Of a stretch of 64,000 nt of DNA, positions 19,101-28,471 are shown piece after piece. The stretch is from Bdellovibrionota bacterium FG-1 (lineage in GTDB: Bacteria > Bdellovibrionota > UBA1018), in the NCBI GenBank assembly GCA_051382295.1, contig JBBCAW010000021.1, positions 1 through 64,000 on the forward strand. Direction: 5' to 3'. The position numbers and the translations under genes are program-made. Below the pieces are notes generated by a model that was given only the letters and a program-made list of their open reading frames with translations, had not been told where the DNA came from and made no database searches. How positions within the stretch are numbered: the first letter of the stretch is position 1; every line of letters begins with the position of its first letter.

Positions 19101-19270
19101 GCGCGAAGCCGACTTTCGATGAGTTGTCCTGTCCTTGAAAGGCGGCTCAGGTCTTCGAACCAGCTTGCTTGCGCCGAATTCCATAAAAACGCCCACAAAA
19201 ATGGAAAGATAAAAAAGGTCGTAAAGAGTCGTCGGAGAGTGAGGATGAGTGCGTTCGGCTTTTGCATCAA
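16121..19270 (-). CDS. Large (about 1050 aa) secreted, apparently alpha-helical hypothetical protein
   Basis: Uninterrupted 3.1-kb ORF; signal peptide ending SAQA; hydrophobic helices in the C-terminal third. Confidence 0.8.
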   Translation of the reverse strand: MMQKPNALILTLRRLFTTFFIFPFLWAFLWNSAQASWFEDLSRLSRTGQLIESRLRAEIRQHSSVGEIHAIEQDFLPWRDQIEILLDLPSNPSPQNPSDAYAPVEIKLRAFNLYLNQVSLLANLRIQLDLPHDNKWLDAFALHTSQRFLAELGAQANTVQNRLGDRFQPFVIDRNSTGAPDRILIKLSISQIQGMEIAHLAEHPNNDTRLTMIQFMTVRQLLNNLSNLRFLKKNHEIVIPQIPSPLKDKLQTLGFASQIAQEQQLQIDEPAAHLGLLQNLEPIAQTLAPFVTDDLAGQLAAVFTDSPEDRHIAEKSLKELLLKAERERFQTCVTQELNDAGTPPLTPLPNAERENLLRTILANSKNCTAVEAITELTAKDVLDQQESLSIEKRQQIMSILDSRANIYKQQISAAAIQNWNQGSAQSADDFLFTQQRQNFIENLLSTAPTVVKKIQESYLGDVINVEALVSTLEDDLKALKLRSSVRQWISEVRHAETYTEAKGKYAQIMAREANFSVLDNNSDDTVLPERVRDYLDSHDFRPEIHFPQNISPAAADDLIKLITQGRKKDLSDFLSIGEQFGFLRATESVRESIRDILNSQPAIERYFRALDNQNQGMFPFLNTQVTVHTPQQANASVRLADALVALHPLHQETPDSLIQVEPLIDQALEKVEQQTRKNIQRIAQVTDIMEIKRIATSAMMVSLTLKAFPEFKGQMEDLARELAHPSISNQFMNRYVRNYMWGAAAVMLVHGANWVAEGVVKRWSPYSFLVMKTVDAVSASYMESIMGLILADGAYQFAETVEIHQETKQVEDFSQSSVLGSTSLFLPQELEMAQLESRAAWQNFFIRAAMDSVFMYLPMARGLLTRMGEQVTMKEFAENTRDLARLDLKPDEFSQVAERLEIARGMQKANRITGSPEAWAKKIEAGERLLNKIQRGRTYRLPNVYSEMLIRDAFSELGLSTTSKKSWNKINAALKLHTNTGRTAAQKNTAQRAAEFLKKTLEENPSVQASRGSISDAEIRLAKAIRHTSTRNALWNEWAQWYKKQRGGS

Positions 19271-19470
19271 CAGCTATATAACGCAGCGCAATATATTTAG
19301 CAATGAGATATAAATATATCTAAGTGTTTTAAATTATTGATTTTTATTTAAAAAAAAGACGCACATATCTTGTTCTAATAAAATATTTCGCTGCGCAGTG
19401 GACACGGGTAGTCAAGACTTGTATACGGAGCCAATCAAACCAACGCATAGCGAACACTGAGGGAGTTTGT

Positions 19471-21081
19471 ATGAGAAGTCGTTTTTATTTTCCACAGAGG
19501 ATGACTATTAGGCTGGCGGTTGCCGTTTTAGCCTTGATGGTCCCTTTTGTTGCCTTACGCGCACACGCCACAAATTCAGTGGCGGTAAATCCGTCGATTT
19601 TTGTGCGTTATCAATTTGAAGTGACTGAGATCATTCAAATGCTCGAAGCTTCACAGGGCAAGCCTCTGGATCCGCAATCTGCCGCCGCTCGTTGGTTAGA
19701 TGAGATGGGTTGGCGCAAATGGGTAGTGCAGGCAGCAGGGCAGCCTTTTACCCTGACCTCGGCGATGCGGGAGCAACTCCTGGCGCAAGAAAAGTTTTTA
19801 CGAAGTACCTTTTCTTATCAGGTGGGTGATGTGGTGTGGGTGCCTGCCGAACAGGGTGAGCATCCCTATAATCACAGCGAGGCACGGGTGAACCCCAGAG
19901 GGCAGATTGTCGATATCGTCAAAGGCGAAAGAGAAACTTTCTTTTTGGTTGAAGTCGGGGTGGACAATGGTCCCAAGGGCGGAGTGCACACCATTCCTGG
20001 TAAGTATTATGACGGACGTCCGGGGCCGGTGTTGGATTATAGCCCCACCTTCAATATTACTAAAAAGCGATATCTTTTTTCTTTGAGTGAAATGGAGCGC
20101 TATAATGGCTCGTTTCGTTCTCAATCGGTGGGGTCGGACACGGGTAGCACCGTGGATTACTCACGCGACCAAAAGTGGATCAAAAAACTGAGTGAATTTA
20201 AGGACAAGGTCGTTGCGCAAGGTCTTGAAGTCGATTTTACCGCGTCCGCTTCCGAAATTTATGCCAAGCAGCGGGCGTTGATTGTCGAGATGTTTCACCA
20301 TTTTAAAATGAATCGCAATGCTCCGGGGGGCGGCCCCTTGCTGGGGGATTTGGCCAATGGCGGCGGCGCTTGTTTTGCGCAAGCTTGCGTCTTGTCGCAT
20401 GGTGTGCATGCCGTAGGTGAGCCTTATGGAATCAAGGCGATGAATATTTCAGGTACGACTGTGAACCCTATTGGTGGTCATGGCTTTACGCGAATCACGG
20501 TACGAGGTCCTGAAGAAGTCCATGTTTACGATTTGGTCAAAGATGCCCAAGGTCAGGTTCTATATCGGGGGCTTGAGATCAAATCCAATATGATTAATTA
20601 CATTTCGGATCCAGGCTGGGCGGATTATGGGGTGACGGAGGACTTTTTCGCGATGATGCCCGTTGAAACGGCAATCAATCCCATTCCGATCGACTCGAAT
20701 CGCGCGATCAATGATTTGATTCAAGGGAAGAGCTTTGAAGACGTCGTGCTCAAATACGGTGGGAAAGGACCCCTGGTGACCAACACTGAGTTGCATGGTG
20801 AATGGTTTGATGGATCACGATCCATTGAGTTTCTAGCACCTCATTCGCAAATTGCTCAAGCGGCGGAGCTTGAACGTAGCTTAGGGTCGCGGCTGGATGG
20901 AATGTTGAACGAGGCTCGTACCCTTAAGTCAAATTTGGGAAAGGTTTCGGTTCGTGAGTTTAAATCTCGAATTTTTACGGATCTGGTTGAGACTCGCGCG
21001 GCTAGCTTGGTTGTTCCTGGGATCAGTGCCGAGGGGGTTCGGATCTTGGTGACGGAATATTTATTTCGGGCGCTTAAATAA
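19471..21081 (+). CDS. Secreted protein with a transglutaminase-like (Cys-His-Asp) core
   Basis: GAGGGAG SD; signal peptide (AHA); GGACFAQA..L, GGHGF and YISDP in the order typical of transglutaminase-like cores. Confidence 0.65.
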   Translation: MRSRFYFPQRMTIRLAVAVLALMVPFVALRAHATNSVAVNPSIFVRYQFEVTEIIQMLEASQGKPLDPQSAAARWLDEMGWRKWVVQAAGQPFTLTSAMREQLLAQEKFLRSTFSYQVGDVVWVPAEQGEHPYNHSEARVNPRGQIVDIVKGERETFFLVEVGVDNGPKGGVHTIPGKYYDGRPGPVLDYSPTFNITKKRYLFSLSEMERYNGSFRSQSVGSDTGSTVDYSRDQKWIKKLSEFKDKVVAQGLEVDFTASASEIYAKQRALIVEMFHHFKMNRNAPGGGPLLGDLANGGGACFAQACVLSHGVHAVGEPYGIKAMNISGTTVNPIGGHGFTRITVRGPEEVHVYDLVKDAQGQVLYRGLEIKSNMINYISDPGWADYGVTEDFFAMMPVETAINPIPIDSNRAINDLIQGKSFEDVVLKYGGKGPLVTNTELHGEWFDGSRSIEFLAPHSQIAQAAELERSLGSRLDGMLNEARTLKSNLGKVSVREFKSRIFTDLVETRAASLVVPGISAEGVRILVTEYLFRALK

Positions 21082-21099
21082 GTGTTTTTGGGAAAAATT

Positions 21100-22638
21100 A
21101 TGAAATTATTAAAACTATTGGGTTGGTTTGCTCTTGTATTGGCCTCGTTAAACGCATTTGCTTCGGCGGATCCGGAGCATGAGCTTCAACGGATTTTGAA
21201 TGGCACGAAACGTCAGCCTGTGAAGCAATTGGATCGTACCGGGTTAAAGCTGGTGCTGAATGAGCAGATTGAAGGGGTGACGTTGGAAGGTTGGAGTACA
21301 CGGCAACTCACTCCTGTTCAAGCGGATGCGCTTTTTGCACAGTTTGGGATTCGGGTGGTTTCGGATCCCGCTACAGGCACCTCTAGTTATATCGTGGCCG
21401 ACAACGTTGGCCGCGCGGGCATTCTTGAAGGAGATATTTATCTTAAAATGAATGGTAAGATCTACAAAGGTCTGACACTCAAGGGATACGGTGGCAACAC
21501 CGTTCATGGTCATGACGAGCAGCCTCAGGGTTCGTTGAATGCCGATGAATCCATTCGGGATATTGAAGTGAGTACGATTTTAGCCCACAATAATGTGGAT
21601 ACTTATGTGGGAGTACTTTCTGTTGAACGTCCTTCGGCTATAGGACGCTTTGAAAGCGTGCCGACCCCTAAATCGAACTATGTTCGTCTTTCACGGACCG
21701 CTCTTCGGATGGAAGATTTGATTCGCGTAAGGGGAAATGATCTGAATAAATTGGTGAATTATTTGACTGATCTCATGAAAGATGAGATGGGCAAAAAGCT
21801 GACCCCGGCTGAATTTTCAAATTGGTTGGTCACCCAAACCGGCGATTTGATGGCACGCAAGGATTATATCCGGTTTATGCATGCTTCCATTACCGATAGT
21901 AATCTCGGGATTGGCGAGTTGGTCGACCTGGGGGATGTTCGCGGGGGGGGGGCGATGCGGCTTCCTGGTGAGTATTCTCCACAAAATACTGGTTCCTCTC
22001 GCGGGAGAGAAGGATTCAAGGATATCTGCCGTAAGGCCTATGATAATCTTGTGGCTTCTGATTCGTCAGTGAAGCTGGATTTTGATCGGCAATTTGATTC
22101 TGCTTATAACGAGCGGCTGGTGCAGCTGAAAAGCTTTGATGCGTCCCGTATTAATTTGAATCGTGCTTCCACGGCACAGCTTGAGATGATTGGTTTTACG
22201 GCGCAAGAGGCGCTCGAAGTGGTTCGTTTCAATATTAACACGCCGGATGGGATCGTTGACCCTAGCGAAGTGTCGACACTCAAGACAATCACGCGAGATA
22301 TAAAAACGGTTCTTGATCGAACCACGACCGACTTTTTGCGTCTTTCGGATGGTTCGCAGCTTTCGGCTTATTACGTGCGTAACGTAGGCGGTGCCGAGGG
22401 TGTGCGCGCTGTTTTGGAGCAGACTCGGGATTTCATGCTTCAAAACAAATTGGTCTTGAGGCGAGATGTAACGGGTGCTCTTACCGGGGATATTGGCCGC
22501 ATTGAAACTGAAATTCAGCGCTTCGCGCTGGATCGCGCCAAGTCTTTGGGGTTTGATCGCGCTGTGACGGCTGACGTGATTACTAATTTTTCACGTTTTA
22601 TTGCCAAGCAGACGATCGAAGTGATTTTGAAGCGCTAA
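21100..22638 (+). CDS. Secreted SelO/YdiU-like pseudokinase-fold protein with C-terminal ComEA-type HhH domain
   Basis: Signal peptide (AFA); collinear SelO-like motifs GRA, LKGYG, G......SIRD, VR......[16 protein letters not shown] and VDLG; INLNRAS..QL..IG HhH motif. Confidence 0.65.
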   Translation: MKLLKLLGWFALVLASLNAFASADPEHELQRILNGTKRQPVKQLDRTGLKLVLNEQIEGVTLEGWSTRQLTPVQADALFAQFGIRVVSDPATGTSSYIVADNVGRAGILEGDIYLKMNGKIYKGLTLKGYGGNTVHGHDEQPQGSLNADESIRDIEVSTILAHNNVDTYVGVLSVERPSAIGRFESVPTPKSNYVRLSRTALRMEDLIRVRGNDLNKLVNYLTDLMKDEMGKKLTPAEFSNWLVTQTGDLMARKDYIRFMHASITDSNLGIGELVDLGDVRGGGAMRLPGEYSPQNTGSSRGREGFKDICRKAYDNLVASDSSVKLDFDRQFDSAYNERLVQLKSFDASRINLNRASTAQLEMIGFTAQEALEVVRFNINTPDGIVDPSEVSTLKTITRDIKTVLDRTTTDFLRLSDGSQLSAYYVRNVGGAEGVRAVLEQTRDFMLQNKLVLRRDVTGALTGDIGRIETEIQRFALDRAKSLGFDRAVTADVITNFSRFIAKQTIEVILKR

Positions 22639-22841
22639 ACATCCCTCGAAGCGACGTTGTGAGCTTCGGGGCCCTTTTGGCCTTCATAGACCTCGAACTC
22701 AACTTCTTGCCCTTCGGAAAGGGTTTTATGACCATCGCCGCGGATGGAGGTGTAGTGGACGAAAATGTCTCCTCCATCCCGGCGTTCAATAAAACCGAAT
22801 CCTTTCGAATCATTGAACCATTTGACCTTGCCTACCGCCAT
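22635..22841 (-). CDS. cspA: Cold-shock domain protein
   Basis: GKVKWFN..KGFGFI, DIFVHY and KGPEA.NV; the exact paralog name is uncertain. Confidence 0.95.
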   Translation of the reverse strand: MAVGKVKWFNDSKGFGFIERRDGGDIFVHYTSIRGDGHKTLSEGQEVEFEVYEGQKGPEAHNVASRDV

Positions 22842-22889
22842 GAAGACAATCTCCTCTGAGTCTATTTTGGACAGAAAACATAAGTTCTG

Positions 22890-24553
<1,664 letters not shown>

Positions 24554-24601
24554 CTACGCCCGTGGAGTCGAAGAAGGCAACCTTGATTTTGTGGGTTGTG
24601 T

Positions 24602-25015
24602 CTATTGCCTGATGTGCTGGGCGCGAACGACGGTTTTGATATTCCCTCGGACACTGAAATCACCCACGACTTCGATTTCCCAGGGGTCCAGAAGCGAAAG
24701 AAGATCATCGAGAATCACGTTGACGACGTCTTCATGGAAGATACCGCGATTTCGGTACTGGTTGATATAGAGTTTAAGGCTTTTAAGTTCAACGCACCAT
24801 TGACGTGGAATATATTTGATGTGGATTGTCGCAAAATCGGGAAATCCGGACGCAGGGCAAACGCACGTGAATTCGGGGCAACTGAATTCGATGCTATAGC
24901 GTCGAACTTGAGTGCGGTTAGCAAAGCGCATGAGCTTTGCTTCACGAATCATTCGCGCACCATCGGGGCGAAGGTTGGAAAGCGTTATTTTTTTCGAGGG
25001 TTTTCGGGTAGCCAT
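24602..25015 (-). CDS. queF: NADPH-dependent preQ0 reductase (unimodular QueF)
   Basis: PEFTCVCP.SG.PDFA, VELKSLKLY, FHE and F..RG.I motifs. Confidence 0.95.
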   Translation of the reverse strand: MATRKPSKKITLSNLRPDGARMIREAKLMRFANRTQVRRYSIEFSCPEFTCVCPASGFPDFATIHIKYIPRQWCVELKSLKLYINQYRNRGIFHEDVVNVILDDLLSLLDPWEIEVVGDFSVRGNIKTVVRAQHIRQ

Positions 25016-25033
25016 GACACGGGTGCTAGCATG

Positions 25034-25067
25034 AAAAGGCCGGTGCGTAAAGAGTGCGCACCGGCCT
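25034..25067 (-). terminator. Rho-independent terminator of the 25087..25536 gene
   Basis: 11-bp stem AGGCCGGTGCG/CGCACCGGCCT followed by a short U-run on the minus strand. Confidence 0.75.
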
Positions 25068-25086
25068 GATAGAACTCAATAATAAG

Positions 25087-25536
25087 TTAACCGCTTTGGC
25101 CTTCTTTTGGAGCGGTGCTACCGCTTGACGTATCGCTCGGCTTGCTAGATGTGTCACTCGGCTTTGATGGTTCGGTGGATTCACTCCCAGCCGTGCCACC
25201 CATTTGCTCTTTGGCGTCAGATTTTTTCATTTCGTCGATGCACTGGCTGAACCCCTTCTTTCCACGGTGATGGGTTACGCCGCTTGCGTCCGTACATGTT
25301 TTGGAGTGTGTCCACTTGTCGGTGCTGGTTGTGGAGGCAGTGGACTCAGTTTTTAGAGGGGTTTCTGGCGCCATGGTCCCAGGTTGTTGAGTCATGGAAG
25401 ACTGAGCTTCTTTGGTTGTTTGTTGGGTTGTTTGTTGGGTTGTTTGTGGGCTATTCATATCATCACTGGCATTGGCTAAAGCTACGGCAAAGCCTATGAC
25501 CATGCAGGCAGAGACTGTGAGGATAATTTTTTTCAT
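25087..25536 (-). CDS. Small secreted hydrophilic low-complexity protein (QQTT and KPSDTSS repeats, one Cys pair)
   Basis: AAGGAGA SD, signal peptide (ANA), own promoter motif and terminator. Confidence 0.8.
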   Translation of the reverse strand: MKKIILTVSACMVIGFAVALANASDDMNSPQTTQQTTQQTTKEAQSSMTQQPGTMAPETPLKTESTASTTSTDKWTHSKTCTDASGVTHHRGKKGFSQCIDEMKKSDAKEQMGGTAGSESTEPSKPSDTSSKPSDTSSGSTAPKEGQSG

Positions 25537-25577
25537 TTTGATCTCCTTGATTGGTTCGGGATTGCGTCGAAACTTTT

Positions 25578-25593
25578 TGCAACCGCAGTGCCA
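25578..25593 (-). promoter_or_regulatory. Sigma54 (-24/-12) promoter
   Basis: TGGCACTGCGGTTGCA on the minus strand, about 40 nt upstream of ATG 25536. Confidence 0.75.
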
Positions 25594-25605
25594 TTTTCGT
25601 GGATT

Positions 25606-26102
25606 TCACCCAGCTTTAGGGAAAGTCTTTGACCAGTCCTTGGTGGTACCCATCCTGCCGCGTTGGTAGCGGGTGATCAGTTCGGTTGTGGTGATGAGGC
25701 AAGGCGTGAGGTGCGAGAGGAGTTGGGTGCGTGTTATGCGAGGCGGAATTTCTGGCAATTCGCGGAGGGCATAAAGTCGAAAGATGTAGCGATGAGGGGG
25801 GGGTAGGGTCCTCCATAGCCCAGTTTTCCGTAGTCGTTCACGCCTTGTTGAATACCATTGGGAAGAATTTCTTGAGGTGGAATCCCCGTGGGCAAATGTC
25901 GGATTTCAGACGGGATATTGTAAATTAACCAGTGTGTAAATAGACCGCGCGGGGCGTCGTGGTCTTCTAAAATGAGGGCAAAACCTCTGGTTTCAGGTGG
26001 AATGTCGGACCACCGGATTTCAGGCGAGGAATTATTGAGATCCAAAGTATAGCGGGGGTCCAGAAAACCGCGTTCATCGGTTGCATCGGTAGTGAGTCGC
26101 AT
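25606..26102 (-). pseudogene. YbhB/YbcL (PEBP) family gene frameshifted in a C8 tract (25796-25803)
   Basis: SP...W, D.DAP, FTHW..YNIP and GYGGP.PP are in one frame; the conserved HRYIFRLYAL continues in another frame to TGA at 25606. Confidence 0.8.
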
Positions 26103-26123
26103 TAGGAACAACTCCAGCAAGAG

Positions 26124-26789
26124 TTATTCCACCTCCTCGTCGTTTGTTTCCTCTGCTTTTCTGCGGAGATTGAGATCGAGGGGTTTTGAGAGCATGATCC
26201 GGTTGCGCCCTTCGATTTCGCGACAAGTCTTTTGCTTGACAAGCCTGAGCGTGTCTTGAAGACGTGGGAGATGCCTTTCGAGGAGGCGTTCACTGAGGTG
26301 ATCTGCCCCTGGTTCGGCGATCAGGACGCTGGCTTGCATCCCTTTGAGTTTGTCGATTCGTTCTTTTTGAAAGATCACATAGACAGGCAAGAGGGAGTTG
26401 CTGAGGCATTTTCCAAAAAAGGCACGAGATTCAAGCACGAGCGAGCGGGTTTTAGATTCAAATATTTTACCGGGGTGCACAAACGTGGTGAGGGGGCCAC
26501 CCGAGGGCTTAAGCGCGTAAATCGCGGCGTCTTGAAGACAGTTTTTGCATGGCCTTCCGCTAAATAGAAAATAGGCAGACGAAGGCAGTGTGTTGGCTGG
26601 GGTTTTGAGGGCGCCTAAATATTTGAGATCAAAAAGCTCGGTTTTCAGCGGACGAGGAGGGGATGTGCCATTGGGTGTCTTGAAATAAACCAGGTTTTCT
26701 TCGGTTCGATCAAATTCGAGGACAGGACTATTGGGGGAGGCAGCTGACACTGAAAGAGAAGCCAGAGAAATTGTAAAGGCGATGAGCAT
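26124..26789 (-). CDS. Secreted hypothetical protein
   Basis: 221-aa ORF, signal peptide, CxxC plus two further Cys. Confidence 0.7.
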   Translation of the reverse strand: MLIAFTISLASLSVSAASPNSPVLEFDRTEENLVYFKTPNGTSPPRPLKTELFDLKYLGALKTPANTLPSSAYFLFSGRPCKNCLQDAAIYALKPSGGPLTTFVHPGKIFESKTRSLVLESRAFFGKCLSNSLLPVYVIFQKERIDKLKGMQASVLIAEPGADHLSERLLERHLPRLQDTLRLVKQKTCREIEGRNRIMLSKPLDLNLRRKAEETNDEEVE

Positions 26790-26804
26790 GAGGTTCCCCT
26801 GGGA

Positions 26805-27119
26805 CTATTTTAACTCCAAGATTTTTCGCTCTTCCATGATATTTTTGCGATAGGCCTCCAAAAGATTTTCGCTGATGACTAAATCGACTTTGAATGGCAG
26901 ATCACTTTCTTCGAAAGCTTCTTGTAACAGTTCTTTTTGACGCGGTGAAATCGGAGGTGTGGACTCAATCAAAAGGTCTAGGTCACTATAAGGACGGTGG
27001 GTTCCTCTCGCTCGTGATCCAAAAACCCAGGCCTTGAAGGGGGGGGTGGGTCCGATTCCGTTTTTCAGGATCTCAGAGAGGGTATTGAATTGCGTCGAAG
27101 TCAACCCGAAGGTGTTCAT
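26805..27119 (-). CDS. Minimal nucleotidyltransferase (MNT) antitoxin
   Basis: VFGSRARG....SDLDL and LPFKVDLV motifs; ATGA overlap with the upstream HEPN ORF. Confidence 0.88.
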   Translation of the reverse strand: MNTFGLTSTQFNTLSEILKNGIGPTPPFKAWVFGSRARGTHRPYSDLDLLIESTPPISPRQKELLQEAFEESDLPFKVDLVISENLLEAYRKNIMEERKILELK

Positions 27120-27322
27120 TGTATTTTGAGTCGTTCGATGGTGTGAGTCGATGCATTTCGGGCTTTTAGGAAGTCGAGCCATTGTTCCACGTTTTCGACC
27201 CATGGGTGAACGCCGAGTTCGCGAATGACGGACTTTGGAGTGGTTGCTGTGATTCCCGCATCTTCCAAAATTCGTTTGGCCACTTTCCAGCATAGTTCAA
27301 AGGTGAAGTCGGTGGCAAGCAT
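27116..27322 (-). pseudogene. Truncated HI0074-type HEPN toxin / nucleotidyltransferase substrate-binding subunit
   Basis: F.FELCWK..K, PKSVIRE and W......RN.STH (Rx4H) are present, but the ORF is only 68 aa; N- and C-terminal helices appear missing. Confidence 0.75.
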
Positions 27323-27368
27323 GGCTTTAGGTTAGCTGTTCCGTTCGGTTTTGTAACGAAAGACTTGA

Positions 27369-27391
27369 AATACGACTCGTGAAGTCGTATT
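27369..27391. promoter_or_regulatory. Palindromic operator upstream of the NfuA-like gene (IscR/Rrf2-like)
   Basis: Perfect AATACGACT-N5-AGTCGTATT overlapping a TTGAAA -35 box. Confidence 0.6.
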
Positions 27392-27417
27392 GAGAGAGGT
27401 GTAAAAAAGGAGTCTCT

Positions 27418-27999
27418 ATGATCACGAAAAAAACCAAAGACGTAGAAGTTTATGTTTCGCTCGAATTTACTCCCAACCCTAATACGCTCAAGTATTCGGT
27501 CAATCGCGAGCTTCTGCCAAACGGCGCTGTGAATTTGACGCGCAAAGAAGACGCAGCAGTGCGCTCGCCGCTGGCTGCCAAGCTTTTTGCGGTGTCTGGA
27601 GTTGCAGCGGTCATGATTGGCAAGAATTTTGTGACTGTGACCAAGGCGGACGACGGTGATTGGGATGTGGTGCATAAAAAAGTTTCATCCCTGATTGAAG
27701 AGCATTTGGCCAAAGATGAGCCGATTTTGAACTCACATGAATCGCCGACGAGTGGCCATGGCGGTGGGACGACTGAAATTGAAGAAAAAATTCGTCAGAT
27801 TCTCGATGAAGAAATTCGTCCGGCTGTCGCGATGGATGGCGGCGATATTACTTTTGACCGTTTTGAAGATGGCGTTGTGTATGTCTATTTGCAGGGAGCT
27901 TGTTCCGGTTGCCCGAGCTCAAGTATGACGCTCAAGATGGGAATTGAAGCCCGGTTGCGCGAAGCGATTCCAGAAGTCCAGGAAGTGGTTTCAGTGTAG
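27418..27999 (+). CDS. nfuA: NifU/Nfu-type Fe-S cluster carrier (Nfu_N + NifU domains)
   Basis: TPNPNTLK, SPLA..LF, IRPAVAMDGGDI and GACSGCPSS..TLK.GIE motifs. Confidence 0.9.
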   Translation: MITKKTKDVEVYVSLEFTPNPNTLKYSVNRELLPNGAVNLTRKEDAAVRSPLAAKLFAVSGVAAVMIGKNFVTVTKADDGDWDVVHKKVSSLIEEHLAKDEPILNSHESPTSGHGGGTTEIEEKIRQILDEEIRPAVAMDGGDITFDRFEDGVVYVYLQGACSGCPSSSMTLKMGIEARLREAIPEVQEVVSV

Positions 28000-28000
28000 T

Positions 28001-28471
28001 TCATTGTGTCTTGGGTGGAAGCTGAAGCGCGGGTTCAAGCTGACTTAAGATCTGTTGGGCGCTTTCATGATCATAAAATTCGAGTGCGATGGACAGCGCG
28101 CGGAGGCGGTGAGCGGGAAGTGTGTGACCGTTTTGTCGGTCATAGGTAAATATTTTTTCAGCTCGTGCACGAAGTTCGGCTTGGTGCGGGTCCCTGAGTG
28201 TCCATCCTGCGCTTGCCAAAGTGAGTCCCATGAGTCCCAGAAGGAGACCTACGGTGGCTCTAGACTGGGCTTTTTGGGGACGGGTTCGCTTGCACATGCC
28301 TCTAGAAGATTCAAGAATAGTGCCAGTTGTAAGAGTGTTTGATTTTATAGAGTAATCACGTGTAACTTGTGGGGTTCTTTGGGGTATCTCTGCCGGTGCG
28401 TCAGGCAGGTGTCTAAGGATTAAACGGTAGTGGGTCAGGGGGGGCTGTGGTCCCTGTGACACACCGGGCAT
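28001..28471 (-). CDS. Hypothetical single-pass membrane protein
   Basis: ATG at 28471 shares a base with the CDF stop (TGATG coupling); one TM segment (VGLLLGLMGLTLASAGW). Confidence 0.5.
   Translation of the reverse strand: MPGVSQGPQPPLTHYRLILRHLPDAPAEIPQRTPQVTRDYSIKSNTLTTGTILESSRGMCKRTRPQKAQSRATVGLLLGLMGLTLASAGWTLRDPHQAELRARAEKIFTYDRQNGHTLPAHRLRALSIALEFYDHESAQQILSQLEPALQLPPKTQ

Noticed and set aside
24596..25069. 157-aa plus-strand ORF
   Set aside because: Antisense shadow of queF.
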